Positions 1 through 12,699 of a stretch of DNA of 64,000 nucleotides are shown piece after piece. Every line of letters begins with the position of its first letter. The stretch's first letter is position 1. The translations under genes and the position numbers were made by a program. The DNA lies in assembly GCF_001194135.2 (NCBI RefSeq), contig NC_068989.1, forward strand, positions 88,325,639 to 88,389,638. The letters are read 5' to 3'. The notes beneath the pieces are model-generated. The model had not been told where the DNA came from, searched no databases, and worked only from the letters and a program-made list of their open reading frames with translations. The stretch comes from Octopus bimaculoides. Lineage: Eukaryota.

Positions 1-108
1 GGAGAGTGTATATCAGGAAGAGAGAAGGGTGATGAAAATGAGATAGAGAGAGTATCTGTGAGAGAGAGAGTGTGTGTGAGGGTGTGTGAGAGAGAGAGGG
101 TATGTGTA

Positions 109-142
<34 letters not shown>

Positions 143-445
143 TGTGTGAGAGAGAGAGAGAGAGAGAGAGTGTATGTGTGTGAGAGAGAGAGAGTGTGTG
201 TGTGAGAGAGAGAGAGAGAGAGTGTATGTGTGTGAGAGAGAGAGAGAGTGTATGTGAGAGAGAGAGGGCAAAGAGGAGTGCATGCTTGAAAGAGAGAGTG
301 AAGAATGTGTGTGTGTATGAGAGAGAGACAGACAGACAGACAGACAGAGAAAGAAAGAAAGGAGAGTGCATACATCTGAAAGAGAGAGTGGAGGAGAGAG
401 GGAGACAGAAAAAGCGTGTGTGTGTGTGTGTGTGTGCGCATGTGA
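1..445. repeat. Compound (GA)n/(GT)n/(GACA)n microsatellite
   Basis: Direct reading. Similar tracts at 6610-7200 and 56000-56390. Confidence 0.9.
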
Positions 446-845
446 GACTACAAAATAAAAAGAGATAAAGAGGGACTCAGAGTGTAGGAGAGGTAAAACA
501 GGGGATGAAAGTAAGTGTCATTATGTAAATACAGTGTGAGTGAGAGTGAATGAGTGAGTGAGAGTGAATATGTGTGTGTTTCATGGCAACCATACATTGG
601 TGACAGAGTAAAACCACATCACAGAACTCAGGTTACCCTTCAAGTCCAGAAAATACTTCAACAGTGTGATTAGGTGCTGATCTTAAAATAAAACTCAAAT
701 GGAACAAACATTAGTATCCGGCCCCTACATTGCAGACTGTGCTGTTTCTACACAACTTCCATCTCCTCCCCACCACTTAACCTTACACACACATCAGGCA
801 CAATAACTTCCACACTTCCAAACATAAAAGCATCATAGGTGATAT

Positions 846-1140
846 GTAGAGGTGCAACACCTAAAGCCCCACGAGGCTCCAGCAGGGGATGGTGGCGAAC
901 CCTTCTGTACTCTTTCACCACAACTTTCTCTCACTCTTACTTCCTGTTTCTGTTGTACCTGTATTTCAAAGGGCCAGCTTTGTCACACACTGAGTCACGC
1001 TGAATCTCCCTGAGAACTACATTAAGGGTACATGTGTCTGTGGAGTGCTCAGCCACTTGCACATTAATTTCACGAGCAAGTTGTTCCGTTGATCGAATCA
1101 ACTAGAACCCTCGTCGTTGTAACCGATGGAATGCCACATT
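846..1140 (+). mobile_element. SINE-C (OK-like tRNA SINE), internally deleted copy with 11-bp TSD
   Basis: Head gtagaggtgcaa is fused directly to cacctaaagc; body matches 43998-44393. TSD ataggtgatat at 835-845 and 1141-1151. Confidence 0.8.
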
Positions 1141-1413
1141 ATAGGTGATATATCAGTAACAGAACTTCGCCTACACCTGCAAACATCACAGACCCCCACA
1201 TATGGGACAGTGTGGCTGCTATACTGAAGGTGCAAGCGTGGCCATGTGGTTAAGAAGCTTGCCTTGCAACCAAATGGTTTTGAGTTCAGTCCCACTTTGC
1301 AGTACCTTGGGCAAGTGTCTTTTACTATGGCCCCAGGCTGAAAAATGCCTTGGGACTAAGTTTAAGAGATGGAACAGTTTAAAAGCTCATGTGTGTATGA
1401 GCATATGCATATG

Positions 1414-1447
<34 letters not shown>

Positions 1448-1554
1448 CTCCCCACAACTTGACAACTTCTGCCTAGTTTGCCAGTCATACTGAAAACTGA
1501 ACCTAGCTGTCTTCAATAGAATTACTGATAATACTTTATCAACAGCAGAAGACC

Positions 1555-2002
1555 CGGCAAGCTAAGTGAGACCAAAATCCAAGGCCTCTGCCAGGAATGT
1601 AGCCAGCCCACTTATGCGTAACATTCCTTCATTGGACACTAAACTCCTCTTGCAAAGACCTGTTGAGGCAAGTGAAATCGAAATCGAACTAAATTTGACG
1701 ACTGGCACCCATGTCAATGTCTCTTTCATTGAATACTAAACTCGGCTTGCGAAGACCTGTTGGGGCAAGCGAAAGCGAAATCGTGATGGCAACTGTACCA
1801 GTGGAGCACTAAGAGCACTGTCCGAGCGTGTTCATTGCCAGAGCAGCTGTCTGGCTTCCATGCTGGTGGCATGTAAATAGCACCATTTGAGCGTGATTGT
1901 TACCAACGTCGCCTTCCTGGCACGTGAAAGACATTCGAGCGAGATTATTACCAGTGCCGCTGGACTGGCTCCTGTGCAAGTGGCACATAAAATACACCAT
2001 TT

Positions 2003-2041
<39 letters not shown>

Positions 2042-2145
2042 CTGGAGCCTGGTGTTGCCATCCGGTTTCACCAGTCCTCAGTCAAATCGTCCAACCCATG
2101 CTAGCATGGAAAGCGGACGTTAAACGATGATGATGATGATGATGA
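1555..2145 (+). mobile_element. SINE-E-type element (internal gtggcacgtaaaa sub-repeats, ggaagggcatcc domain family, (GAT)n tail), centre replaced by (TA)n
   Basis: 1830-1995 is roughly the reverse complement of 14055-14230; 3' end ccaacccatgctagcatggaaagcggacgttaaacgatgatg; internal duplicate cattggacactaaactc...gaagacctgttg at about 1630 and 1725. Confidence 0.75.
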
Positions 2146-2879
2146 TATATATATATATATATATATATATAAACATACACTATCATCATCATCGTTTAAC
2201 GTTTGCCTTCCATGCCAGCATGGATACACACACACACACACACACATACTCTCCTTCAATCATCCTTGTGGAATATTCTTCACTTCTGTTTTCAGAAGCT
2301 GCAATTGAAGCCTATCATATTCACAATAATCGTATCTTACTGCTTAGACGTGTCATAGTCCAGCCAATGCAGTCTAAGCAAGGAGAGAAGATATTTTCCC
2401 ACACTGCATATATTATGCAATAAAACAATGTGAAAGTCATTTTACAAGTTGTTTTGGTAGGATTTATTATTTGCACAGTATCAAAAGGGTTAAAAATTTC
2501 AATATGATATAATTTGAAAAATCAATCTGGAAACCAATCAGAAGTGCATTTGGTTTTGAGGAGGTTTAATTTCAGAACAAATAAAGCCACTTAACAGTAG
2601 TTTCCATCAGACAATAACAGAAAAAGAGACAAAGTTTATGGCTAAAGGCTCTTTAAGAGCAACGGTCTAAATTGGAATGATTTTTAATTAAGCTAAGTTA
2701 AACGAAAGCAGTCAGACAATAAATATATTGTCAACAAACAGCAGTTAATTATTCAAAATAATTAAATACGACTGTGAATAATGATGATGGTAATGATGAT
2801 GATCTTTTCTTTATTGTCAACAAGAGCCCAAGGACAAAAGTAACAGCAGAAAAAGACAAGATAAAAACAACAACAACAG

Positions 2880-3353
2880 TCACTTCTGTTATAGGCACAA
2901 AGCCTGAAGGGGTTAGTCAATTACAGCAACCCCACTACTCAAATAGTATTTTATTGATCTCGAAAAGATGACAGACAAAGTTGACCGCAGTAGAATATGA
3001 ACTCATAACCTACAGACAGACAAAATATTTAGCAGCATTTTGTTTGTCCATTGTGCTAATGACTCTCCAAGCTCACTGCCTTTTTATAATATTAATAATT
3101 ATTATTAACATTATTATTATTATTATCATTATTATTATTATTTCCACTCTCGGCACAAGGCCTTAAAAATTTGAGGGGAAGGGGGCAAGACAATTACATC
3201 GACCCCAGTGTTCAACTGGTACTTATTTCATCAACCCCAAAAGGATGAAAGGTAAAGTCAACTTCAGCGGAATTTGAACTCAGAATGTAGCGACGGGCAA
3301 AATACCACAAAGCATTTCATCCAATGCACTAATGATTCTGCCAGCTTGCCCCC

Positions 3354-3410
<57 letters not shown>

Positions 3411-3620
3411 CCTTCCTACTATAGGCACAAGGCCTGAAATTTTGGGGGTGAGGGCCAGTCGATTACATTGACCCCCAGTGTTTCACTGGTACTTAATTTA
3501 TTGATATCGAAAGGACGAAAGGCAAAGTTGACCCCAGCAGAATTTGAACTCATAACATCAAGACGGACGAAATGCTGCTAAGCAATTTGCCCAATGTGCT
3601 AATGATTCTGCCAGCTTGTC
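2880..3620 (-). mobile_element. Tandem array of three SINE-B copies separated by (TAA)n/(ATT)n
   Basis: Repeated cacaaggcctgaaattt...gaccccagtg...aatttgaactca units at about 2880, 3140 and 3410. Confidence 0.75.
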
Positions 3621-4074
3621 GCATGATGATGATGATGATGATGATGATGATAAAAAGCTACGGTGGTGAGGATGGAGAACATACAAGGGTTACTTGTGAT
3701 AGTTTTAATTTGTTTTATGTAATGAAATCAAACATAATGCTGATTTCCCCATTTCGGGCATAAATATATTGATTTGATTTTTTTGAAAGGGAAAAATGTT
3801 AAATTTGATGTAATTATTTAGATTTAAATGGCATTTGCTTTTCTTTCGCTTTTATTTTAATTTCTTTCCTGTTTTCTCTATTTTTTTTTTTTTAAAGTTC
3901 TTTTGTGTTCAATTTCAATACAAATTTGGATGTTTTTTCCAATTCCAAGTATGTTTCTATGATCATTGTAGCAAATAAGGTTTTATGTTTATTTACCACC
4001 GGATTCATAGATTTCCTAACATTACATCACTTTTCCAAGCAAGACAGACAGACAAATTATTACCTATGTTACTG

Positions 4075-4175
4075 TAAACTGCTTACAAACGAGGAGGAAC
4101 GAACAACGTGCTGGAAAGAGCATTTACATGAAGTTCTCAATAAGCCAATTCCAGCAACTACCAATGAAATGGGGC
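4075..4175 (+). mobile_element. RTE-like LINE endonuclease-RT linker fragment
   Basis: LLTNEEERTTCWKEHLHEVLNKPIP resembles LLTxxEExxxRWKEHFxEVLNRP. Confidence 0.6.
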
Positions 4176-4199
4176 AACAAACCAGTCACAAATAAACTG

Positions 4200-4395
4200 A
4201 ACATCAACACAGGTGATAACAGGCTCTCCATCAGTTACAACAATGAGGGTTCCAGTTGATCCAACCAACAGAACAACTTGCTTATGAAATTAAAACACAA
4301 GTTGCTGGGTACCTCACAGATATATGTACCCTGAATGTAGTTCTCAGAAAGATTCAACGGGACAAGAATGGGACAAGGTTGGCCCTTTGAATTAC
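4200..4395 (-). mobile_element. SINE-C degenerate 3' fragment
   Basis: gagggttccagttgatcc...gttctcag...ccctttgaattac matches the SINE-C 3' half. A smaller fragment lies at about 12270-12315. Confidence 0.6.
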
Positions 4396-5330
4396 TAGAA
4401 CAGCTCATTTTTGGCAGCTGAGTGGACTGGAGCATCATGAAATAAAGTGTCTTGCCCAAGGACACAACATGCTGCTGGAAATCTAACTTAAGATCTTATG
4501 ATTGCAAGCCAAATGTCTTTAACCACTAAAGTTTCACACACTGGTGATATAACAACAGAAGTGGACAAGGTGATAAATTAAGTACCAGTTGTGTACTGGG
4601 GGTCAATCAAATCGACTGGACCCCTACCCAAACATTTCAGGCCTTGTGCCTAGAGTAGAAAAGAATATACAGTTTGAGGAACAACAAAGCAGCTGGCATG
4701 ACCAGGAAGAAGTTGTACAATATCTGACACATCTGTTCAGTCTTATTTGGCAGCGAGAAGATCTACTAGGTCAGCGTTTCTCAACTGTGGTTCCACAAAA
4801 GGTTCCCAGGGATTCCACAAGAAAGAGTGAGATAAGCTGACACTAATTTCATGATCGTAATATTACTACAGACGCACAACATATTATTGGTTATTGTAAT
4901 ATTTTAATATAAACATCATCCTATCTAACCTATTAGATTATCAAATAAACAATTATTATAATTATATACTGTTGTGTCTGGGGAGAGTCATTCTCTTTTA
5001 GTGCCTTATAATTTAACACAATCACCAGTATGGGTTACTCTTTTACTTGTTTCAGTCATTTGACTGTGGCCATGCTGGAGCACCGCCTTTAGTCGAGCAA
5101 ATCGACCCCAGGATTTATTCTTTGGATGCCTAGTACTTATTCTATCGGTCTCTTTTGCCGAACCGCTAAATCACGAGGACGTAAACACACTAGCATCGGT
5201 TGTCAAGCGATGTTGGGGGGACAAACACAGACACACAAACACATATATATATATATACATATAAATATATACGACGGGCTTCTTTCAGTTTCCGTCTACC
5301 AAATCCACTCACAAGGCTTTGGTCGGCCCG

Positions 5331-5740
5331 NNNNNNNNNNNNNNNNNNNNNNNNNNNNNNNNNNNNNNNNNNNNNNNNNNNNNNNNNNNNNNNNNNNNNN
5401 NNNNNNNNNNNNNNNNNNNNNNNNNNNNNNNNNNNNNNNNNNNNNNNNNNNNNNNNNNNNNNNNNNNNNNNNNNNNNNNNNNNNNNNNNNNNNNNNNNNN
5501 NNNNNNNNNNNNNNNNNNNNNNNNNNNNNNNNNNNNNNNNNNNNNNNNNNNNNNNNNNNNNNNNNNNNNNNNNNNNNNNNNNNNNNNNNNNNNNNNNNNN
5601 NNNNNNNNNNNNNNNNNNNNNNNNNNNNNNNNNNNNNNNNNNNNNNNNNNNNNNNNNNNNNNNNNNNNNNNNNNNNNNNNNNNNNNNNNNNNNNNNNNNN
5701 NNNNNNNNNNNNNNNNNNNNNNNNNNNNNNNNNNNNNNNT
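5331..5740. other. Assembly gap (one of 12 N-runs)
   Basis: Other gaps at about 7269-7623, 9388-9749, 10247-10511, 11670-12166, 15304-15749, 29511-29967, 31477-31767, 35194-35793, 39538-39627, 48456-48834 and 62709-62918; most abut microsatellites or SINEs. Confidence 0.98.
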
Positions 5741-6882
5741 ATGGCTATCAAAATTTAGGAAAGGAGTGGGAGATAGGGTCTGCACCCGTGTGTGTGCGTG
5801 CGCGTGTGTATGAGAAGTGTTAGATAAAAGAAAATAGTGTTCGTGACAGTGGTGGTGGTGGTGGTGGTGGTAGCATTTGTGGTAGTGGTGGTGCTATAAG
5901 GCTGATGTAACATGGAAGGTTATGAACAAGTTGTTGTTGCTGTTGTTGCTGTTGTTGTTTAGCTCCAGTTCAGTCTAGATTGAGAAGGCCAATAGTCAAA
6001 GGCATTCCAGCAGGGACCATCCGGTGCCCCCCCCCCTCCGCCCCTAGTATATCTTGGACTACATTATTCAATGTTTTCTTTTTAATCTTCAAGACAGTTT
6101 TCTATGATCAGAAGAAGATTTGGCTGCTACTTCTAGCTAGTCAAACAACCACGTAGAAGCTCACTTGCTGGCCTAGTGACAGTACAGCTGGTGATGATGG
6201 TGATGGTGGTGTAGAAGCCTGAGGTGATAATACTGGTGGTAGTTGACAGTGGTATCTTGGTTGTGATAGATTGGTCAGGGTAGCAGCAGAGGTGGTGAGA
6301 GTTTGGGCTATGGTTGTAGTAGCGGTGGTGGTGGTGGTGGTGGTGGTGGTGATGAGGATATAGCTTGTTTATGGGTGTGATGGTTCACTGGTGTGTGACA
6401 GTGGTTGGTCATTTAAGTTATGGATCTTGATAGCTGCAAGAGTGGTTGGTGGTGGTGGTGGTGGTGGAAGGGAGAAGGGAAAAGGAGGAAGTGGTGGTGA
6501 TTCAGGTCATGGGATCATGGTGGTGGTGGTGGTGGTGAAAAGGGGGGAGGAGTGGCAGTAGAGAAACAAAGGACAAAAACAGATGATTAATTTTTCCTCT
6601 GCCAACTAACCATGAGAGTGAGTGAGAGTGAAAGAGTGAGAAAGAGACAGTCGGGGAGAAAGTGAGAGTGAGAGAGAGTGAGAGAGAGAGAGAGAAGAGT
6701 GGGAGAGAGAGGGAAACTGCAGAGAGAGAAAGTGGGGAGAGAAAGAGAGAGAGAGAGATTTGTAATTAACTTATCTATTTCTATGTTAATAAATTTCTCC
6801 ATTTGTAATACAAGGAATACTGCTGTACATATGGAGAAATGATTGAGAGAGAAGTACAGTGAATCTATTTTAAAACTGATTG

Positions 6883-6936
<54 letters not shown>

Positions 6937-8496
6937 GGGGTAGGGGGGTTGATGGAGTGATAGTCTTCAAACTGTTTGCATATTTATATATGTGGATGTT
7001 AGAGAGAGAGGTGGCAGTAGAGTGAGAAAGTGTGTGTGTTTATGTGGTGAGACAAAAGATGGAATGTATATATGTATGTGGAGATAGTGACAGAAGAAGG
7101 AACGTGTGTGTGTGTGCGTATGTATGTGTGTGTGTGTGTGCACTGATGTATGAGAGCGCTTTGCTGTGTTTGTGTTTAGGGTATGCGAGTAGGTGTTTAA
7201 ACAAATGAGATGGTAGTTATGTGTATGAATACTTGTATACATGTAGGAGCATTTTAATAAGCTTTTATNNNNNNNNNNNNNNNNNNNNNNNNNNNNNNNN
7301 NNNNNNNNNNNNNNNNNNNNNNNNNNNNNNNNNNNNNNNNNNNNNNNNNNNNNNNNNNNNNNNNNNNNNNNNNNNNNNNNNNNNNNNNNNNNNNNNNNNN
7401 NNNNNNNNNNNNNNNNNNNNNNNNNNNNNNNNNNNNNNNNNNNNNNNNNNNNNNNNNNNNNNNNNNNNNNNNNNNNNNNNNNNNNNNNNNNNNNNNNNNN
7501 NNNNNNNNNNNNNNNNNNNNNNNNNNNNNNNNNNNNNNNNNNNNNNNNNNNNNNNNNNNNNNNNNNNNNNNNNNNNNNNNNNNNNNNNNNNNNNNNNNNN
7601 NNNNNNNNNNNNNNNNNNNNNNNTATATAATATATATCTCTGCATAAGTGTGTGTATGTCTTTTGTAAAACTGTGACTCAGAGAGAGAGAGAGAGAGAGA
7701 GACTAACAAACAGACAGACAGACAGATAGATAGATAGATAGACAGACAGACAAATTGGCAGACACACAATGATGAATGAAAAAGTCCATTGAAGTAAGGG
7801 TTTTTTTTTTTCTTTTGCCACTTTAACATACTTTTAAGAACTGGACTTCCATAATGAATAACATTCACTAATTGCACACTACAACCAAACCCATACAGTG
7901 ACCAATCTGCCAGACCTAAAATGGTCATTATTCCTATCAGATAGTCCACCACCCAATATGTCCAAATGCACATTATGCACTCCTACCTAACAGTATCCAG
8001 GATTCAACACTCCCAAGAAACTACCATGTGACAACCATGTGACCTCATACTGTCAGCTATGCTTACCACCCACTCCCATTGCCCAACTGTCCACAATACT
8101 TCCTCACCAGAACAGACATCATGGCTACCTTCAGTATTACCTCCTCCACCGTCCCCACCCCACCCCCTGTCCACCATATCTTACAGCCAACTGTTGAGCT
8201 TGACCACCACTTCCTGATATGGTTCCACCCTGCATATTAGTAGCATTTCTTAAAAATATTTGATACAGAACTGTGCGTGGGTGCATGTGAGTGAGTGTGT
8301 GTGAGAGATCATCATCATCATCATTGAACATTTGTTTTCCATGCTAGCATGGACTGGATGGGTTTTTGACAGGATCTGAGGAGCCAGGGGGTTATGTTAA
8401 ACTCTAGTGCCAGCTGGCATGAAAAAAGCATGCAGTACATACTGTAAGATAGTTGGCATTAGGAAGGGTATCCAGCTGTAGAAAACATGCCAAAGC

Positions 8497-8734
8497 ATTT
8501 TAAGGTATTGAGCTGGCAGAAACTTTATCATGTCGGGCGAAATGCTTAGTGGTATTTCGGCTGCCGTTACGTTCTGAGTTCATATTCTTCTGAGGCTAAC
8601 TTTGCCTTTCATTCTTTCGGGGTCGATAAAATTAAGTACCAGTTACGCACTGGGTCGATGCAATCGACTTAATCCTTTTGTCTATCCTTGTTTGTTCTCT
8701 CTATGTTTAGCCCCTTGTGGGCAATAAAGAAATA
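8497..8734 (+). mobile_element. SINE-B inserted in a SINE-E copy, 17-bp TSD
   Basis: gagctggcagaa...gttctgagttca...gcctttcattctttcggggtcgataa; TSD agaaaacatgccaaagc at 8480-8496 and 8735-8751. Confidence 0.82.
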
Positions 8735-9101
8735 AGAAAACATGCCAAAGCTAACACTGAAGGTTAGCGCAGCCCTGCAGTTTGCCAGATCCTCTCAAAA
8801 GGCCCAACCCGAGCCAGCATGGAAAACAAAACTTAAATGATAGGGAGGAGAAATTATGCCATGAAATTCAAGACATAATTTCTTACCATTTTAATTTCTT
8901 AAGACTGTTCCATGCTCGGGTGATGCTTCTTTCTGAACAAGATGTATATAGAGCTTTAACACCAGGTTAGAAGTATCATGATGCCAAAACAAAATGATAA
9001 TAATCCTTTCTATTATAGGCACAAGGCCTGAAATTTCAGGGGAAAGGACTAGTCGATTACATCGACCCCAGTGCTCAACTGGTACCTATTTCATTGATCC
9101 C

Positions 9102-9155
9102 AATTCTATCTCCCTCTCACATGCTGATAACAGCATGTGAGAGGGAGATAGAATT
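9102..9155. repeat. Perfect 25-bp inverted repeat with 4-nt loop
   Basis: aattctatctccctctcacatgctg-ataa-cagcatgtgagagggagatagaatt. Confidence 0.95.
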
Positions 9156-9194
9156 AGAGAACAAAGAATGAGCAGGTATCATTACATTATAGGT

Positions 9195-10005
9195 ACAAAT
9201 GTGGCTGTGTGGTCCTAACCACATGGTTTCAGGTTCAGTCCCACTGCATTACACCTTAAGCAAGTGTCTTCTACTATGGCCTTGGGCCGACCAAGACTTT
9301 GCGAGTGGATTTGGTAGATGGAAACTGAAGAAGCCCAATGTATGTATGCATATATATATATATATATATATACATACATATATATATNNNNNNNNNNNNN
9401 NNNNNNNNNNNNNNNNNNNNNNNNNNNNNNNNNNNNNNNNNNNNNNNNNNNNNNNNNNNNNNNNNNNNNNNNNNNNNNNNNNNNNNNNNNNNNNNNNNNN
9501 NNNNNNNNNNNNNNNNNNNNNNNNNNNNNNNNNNNNNNNNNNNNNNNNNNNNNNNNNNNNNNNNNNNNNNNNNNNNNNNNNNNNNNNNNNNNNNNNNNNN
9601 NNNNNNNNNNNNNNNNNNNNNNNNNNNNNNNNNNNNNNNNNNNNNNNNNNNNNNNNNNNNNNNNNNNNNNNNNNNNNNNNNNNNNNNNNNNNNNNNNNNN
9701 NNNNNNNNNNNNNNNNNNNNNNNNNNNNNNNNNNNNNNNNNNNNNNNNNATATATATACATATATATATATACATACATACATATCAACGTATGTCTTCA
9801 TGGCTGTGTTTGTTCTCCAACTCTGCTTCACAACTGGTGTTGGTGTGTTTACATCCCCGTAACTTAGTAGTCCAGAAAAAGAGACAGACAGAATAAGAAC
9901 CATAGTTAAAAATGTAAGTACAAGGGGCGATTTGTTCAGCAAAAATTCTTCAAGGAAGTGCCCCAGCATGGTCACAGTCTAATGACTGAAACAAGTAAAA
10001 GATGA
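9195..10005 (+). mobile_element. SINE-A split by an N-gap at its internal (TA)n
   Basis: 5' half at 9195-9387 and 3' half at 9750-10005 flank the gap. Confidence 0.75.
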
Positions 10006-10199
10006 AGCTAAAAGAAGAGGCAAGTAGCTGTAATGGATAAGGGAGGGCAAAAACCATAGTGGAGTATGTGTCAAAAGAATCCAGACATTCTCTGGTAGCA
10101 TCAATGCTACTTGGCAATGCTAAAACGAGTGATACTATTGCAAGGTGCCAAAAACATTGTGATCTCCAGCTGACAGCAGACTGCGTGTACGATCAGCAA

Positions 10200-10246
<47 letters not shown>

Positions 10247-10789
10247 NNNNNNNNNNNNNNNNNNNNNNNNNNNNNNNNNNNNNNNNNNNNNNNNNNNNNN
10301 NNNNNNNNNNNNNNNNNNNNNNNNNNNNNNNNNNNNNNNNNNNNNNNNNNNNNNNNNNNNNNNNNNNNNNNNNNNNNNNNNNNNNNNNNNNNNNNNNNNN
10401 NNNNNNNNNNNNNNNNNNNNNNNNNNNNNNNNNNNNNNNNNNNNNNNNNNNNNNNNNNNNNNNNNNNNNNNNNNNNNNNNNNNNNNNNNNNNNNNNNNNN
10501 NNNNNNNNNNNAGAAGACAATTACGGAGAATTAATCATGGTACAGAATCAATTTTTACAGACACCCTTAAGCACCACCACCACTGCCACCACCACCACCG
10601 TCACTGCTGCTGCTGCTGCTGCCGTCACCGTTGCTATATCGGCACCCTCACTACTCTGCTGTTGTCAGCCGTCAGCACTCCTGTCAGCATCATCGATAGA
10701 CAGAGAGACAGACAGAGATTCCTTTGTGGTATATTGATTCATCAATGCATCTAAGTTGGTATGTCAACAGATTAAAACACAAAGATGAG

Positions 10790-11250
10790 CCTAACTACAC
10801 ATACATACACGCATTCATATACACACACACACATATATATATAGATACAAACATACATGCACGCACACACACACACACATGCATTCATACACACACATGC
10901 ATTCATACACACACATATAGGTACAAACATACACGTACATGCACACAGACATACATAAAAAGTGCAGACACACGTGGACACATACACACAAACATATGCA
11001 TTCGTACACACACATAAATGCACAGAAATACACACATATGTGTACACAAACGCACACATACATATGGACATACATAAAAAATGCAGACACGCATACATGC
11101 ACACATGTACAAATACACATATCCGTACGAACACACATATCTATACAAACGCAGAATCATTCATACACATACAAATACACGCATGCAAAAAAAAAGAAAA
11201 AAAATGCAAACGCATGCAGACGTACATCCACACACACATACTTACACTGG
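10790..11250. repeat. Degenerate (CA)n/(CATA)n low-complexity tract
   Basis: Direct reading. Similar tracts at 30110-30480 and 49060-49720; (GGT)n tracts at 5840-6560 and 39190-39660. Confidence 0.85.
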
Positions 11251-12165
11251 CAGAGATATTCAGGCACCAGTTTATACGTAAATAAAGAAAGGAAAATGAA
11301 TGCAACCAGCAACGAGAATACTATGTGAATGAAAGCAACATTGCGAGAGAGAGAGAGAGAAGGAGTCGAACAAACAAGAGAATTAGCAACACAACACAAT
11401 AAAACTTAGCAACATAGCAGAGTCGGTGGATCAGATTAGCAAGATTACATAGCGAATGGGATTAGCAACAGAATGCAACACAACAGCTAGCAAAACCATG
11501 ATCACAACCAACTAGAAAACACCTGCAAGATCACCATGGCTACCAGCAACATAACCATTCAACTCATTACAGCTAATAAAATCTTTCATCATCACCACAA
11601 CTACTACCATTACTATTACTACGACTACTACAAACACAAGTCGTCACCACCACCACCACCACCACCACCNNNNNNNNNNNNNNNNNNNNNNNNNNNNNNN
11701 NNNNNNNNNNNNNNNNNNNNNNNNNNNNNNNNNNNNNNNNNNNNNNNNNNNNNNNNNNNNNNNNNNNNNNNNNNNNNNNNNNNNNNNNNNNNNNNNNNNN
11801 NNNNNNNNNNNNNNNNNNNNNNNNNNNNNNNNNNNNNNNNNNNNNNNNNNNNNNNNNNNNNNNNNNNNNNNNNNNNNNNNNNNNNNNNNNNNNNNNNNNN
11901 NNNNNNNNNNNNNNNNNNNNNNNNNNNNNNNNNNNNNNNNNNNNNNNNNNNNNNNNNNNNNNNNNNNNNNNNNNNNNNNNNNNNNNNNNNNNNNNNNNNN
12001 NNNNNNNNNNNNNNNNNNNNNNNNNNNNNNNNNNNNNNNNNNNNNNNNNNNNNNNNNNNNNNNNNNNNNNNNNNNNNNNNNNNNNNNNNNNNNNNNNNNN
12101 NNNNNNNNNNNNNNNNNNNNNNNNNNNNNNNNNNNNNNNNNNNNNNNNNNNNNNNNNNNNNNNNN

Positions 12166-12215
<50 letters not shown>

Positions 12216-12699
12216 AACACACACACAGCTTCATAAGCTAATAACAAGTGTTCTCTCAGTTAAGGCAACTTGGGTTCCAGTTGATCCGATCGATGGAATA
12301 GTCTGCTCATGAAATTGACATACAAGTGGCTGAGAATCTCCAAAGACATAAGGCTGGTCCTTTGAAATACACGTACAATTTATTTTTGCTAGCTGAGTAG
12401 ACTGGAGCAATGTGAAATGAAGTATCTTGCTCAAGAACATAATACACCTCTGGAAATCAAACTCATGACCTTACCATCGTGACCCAAATACCCTAACCAC
12501 GAGCAGACTTTCTGAATGATATACCAACAGAAAGCATAATCTTGAATGTTTTAAGCAGGGTGGCACGTCTAATGATAAGCCATATCTCATGTGGCCCACT
12601 TCTAAAAAAAAACAAAAAGACTGCCCCTGTCTGAGTTACACAAATACTCATAGGATATATACCTCACAGGCACCACAAAAGTCTTTTTCTGTCTACAAC

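Noticed and set aside
13-468. Long ORFs over GA/GT, CA/TA and CAA/GGT tracts (also 10772-11399, 29988-30512, 39720-40274, 49020-49750)
   Set aside because: Simple repeats lack stop codons; the peptides are THTH, CVCV, YIYI or poly-T/V artefacts.
5126-5823. ORFs spanning N-gaps (all X-containing ORFs)
   Set aside because: Their length comes from Ns; the flanks are SINE or microsatellite sequence.
10537-10737. GC-richer ORF MVQNQFLQTPLSTTTT...AAAAAA
   Set aside because: Driven by CAC/GCT triplet repeats; no recognisable family or splice context, and the minus frames are closed.
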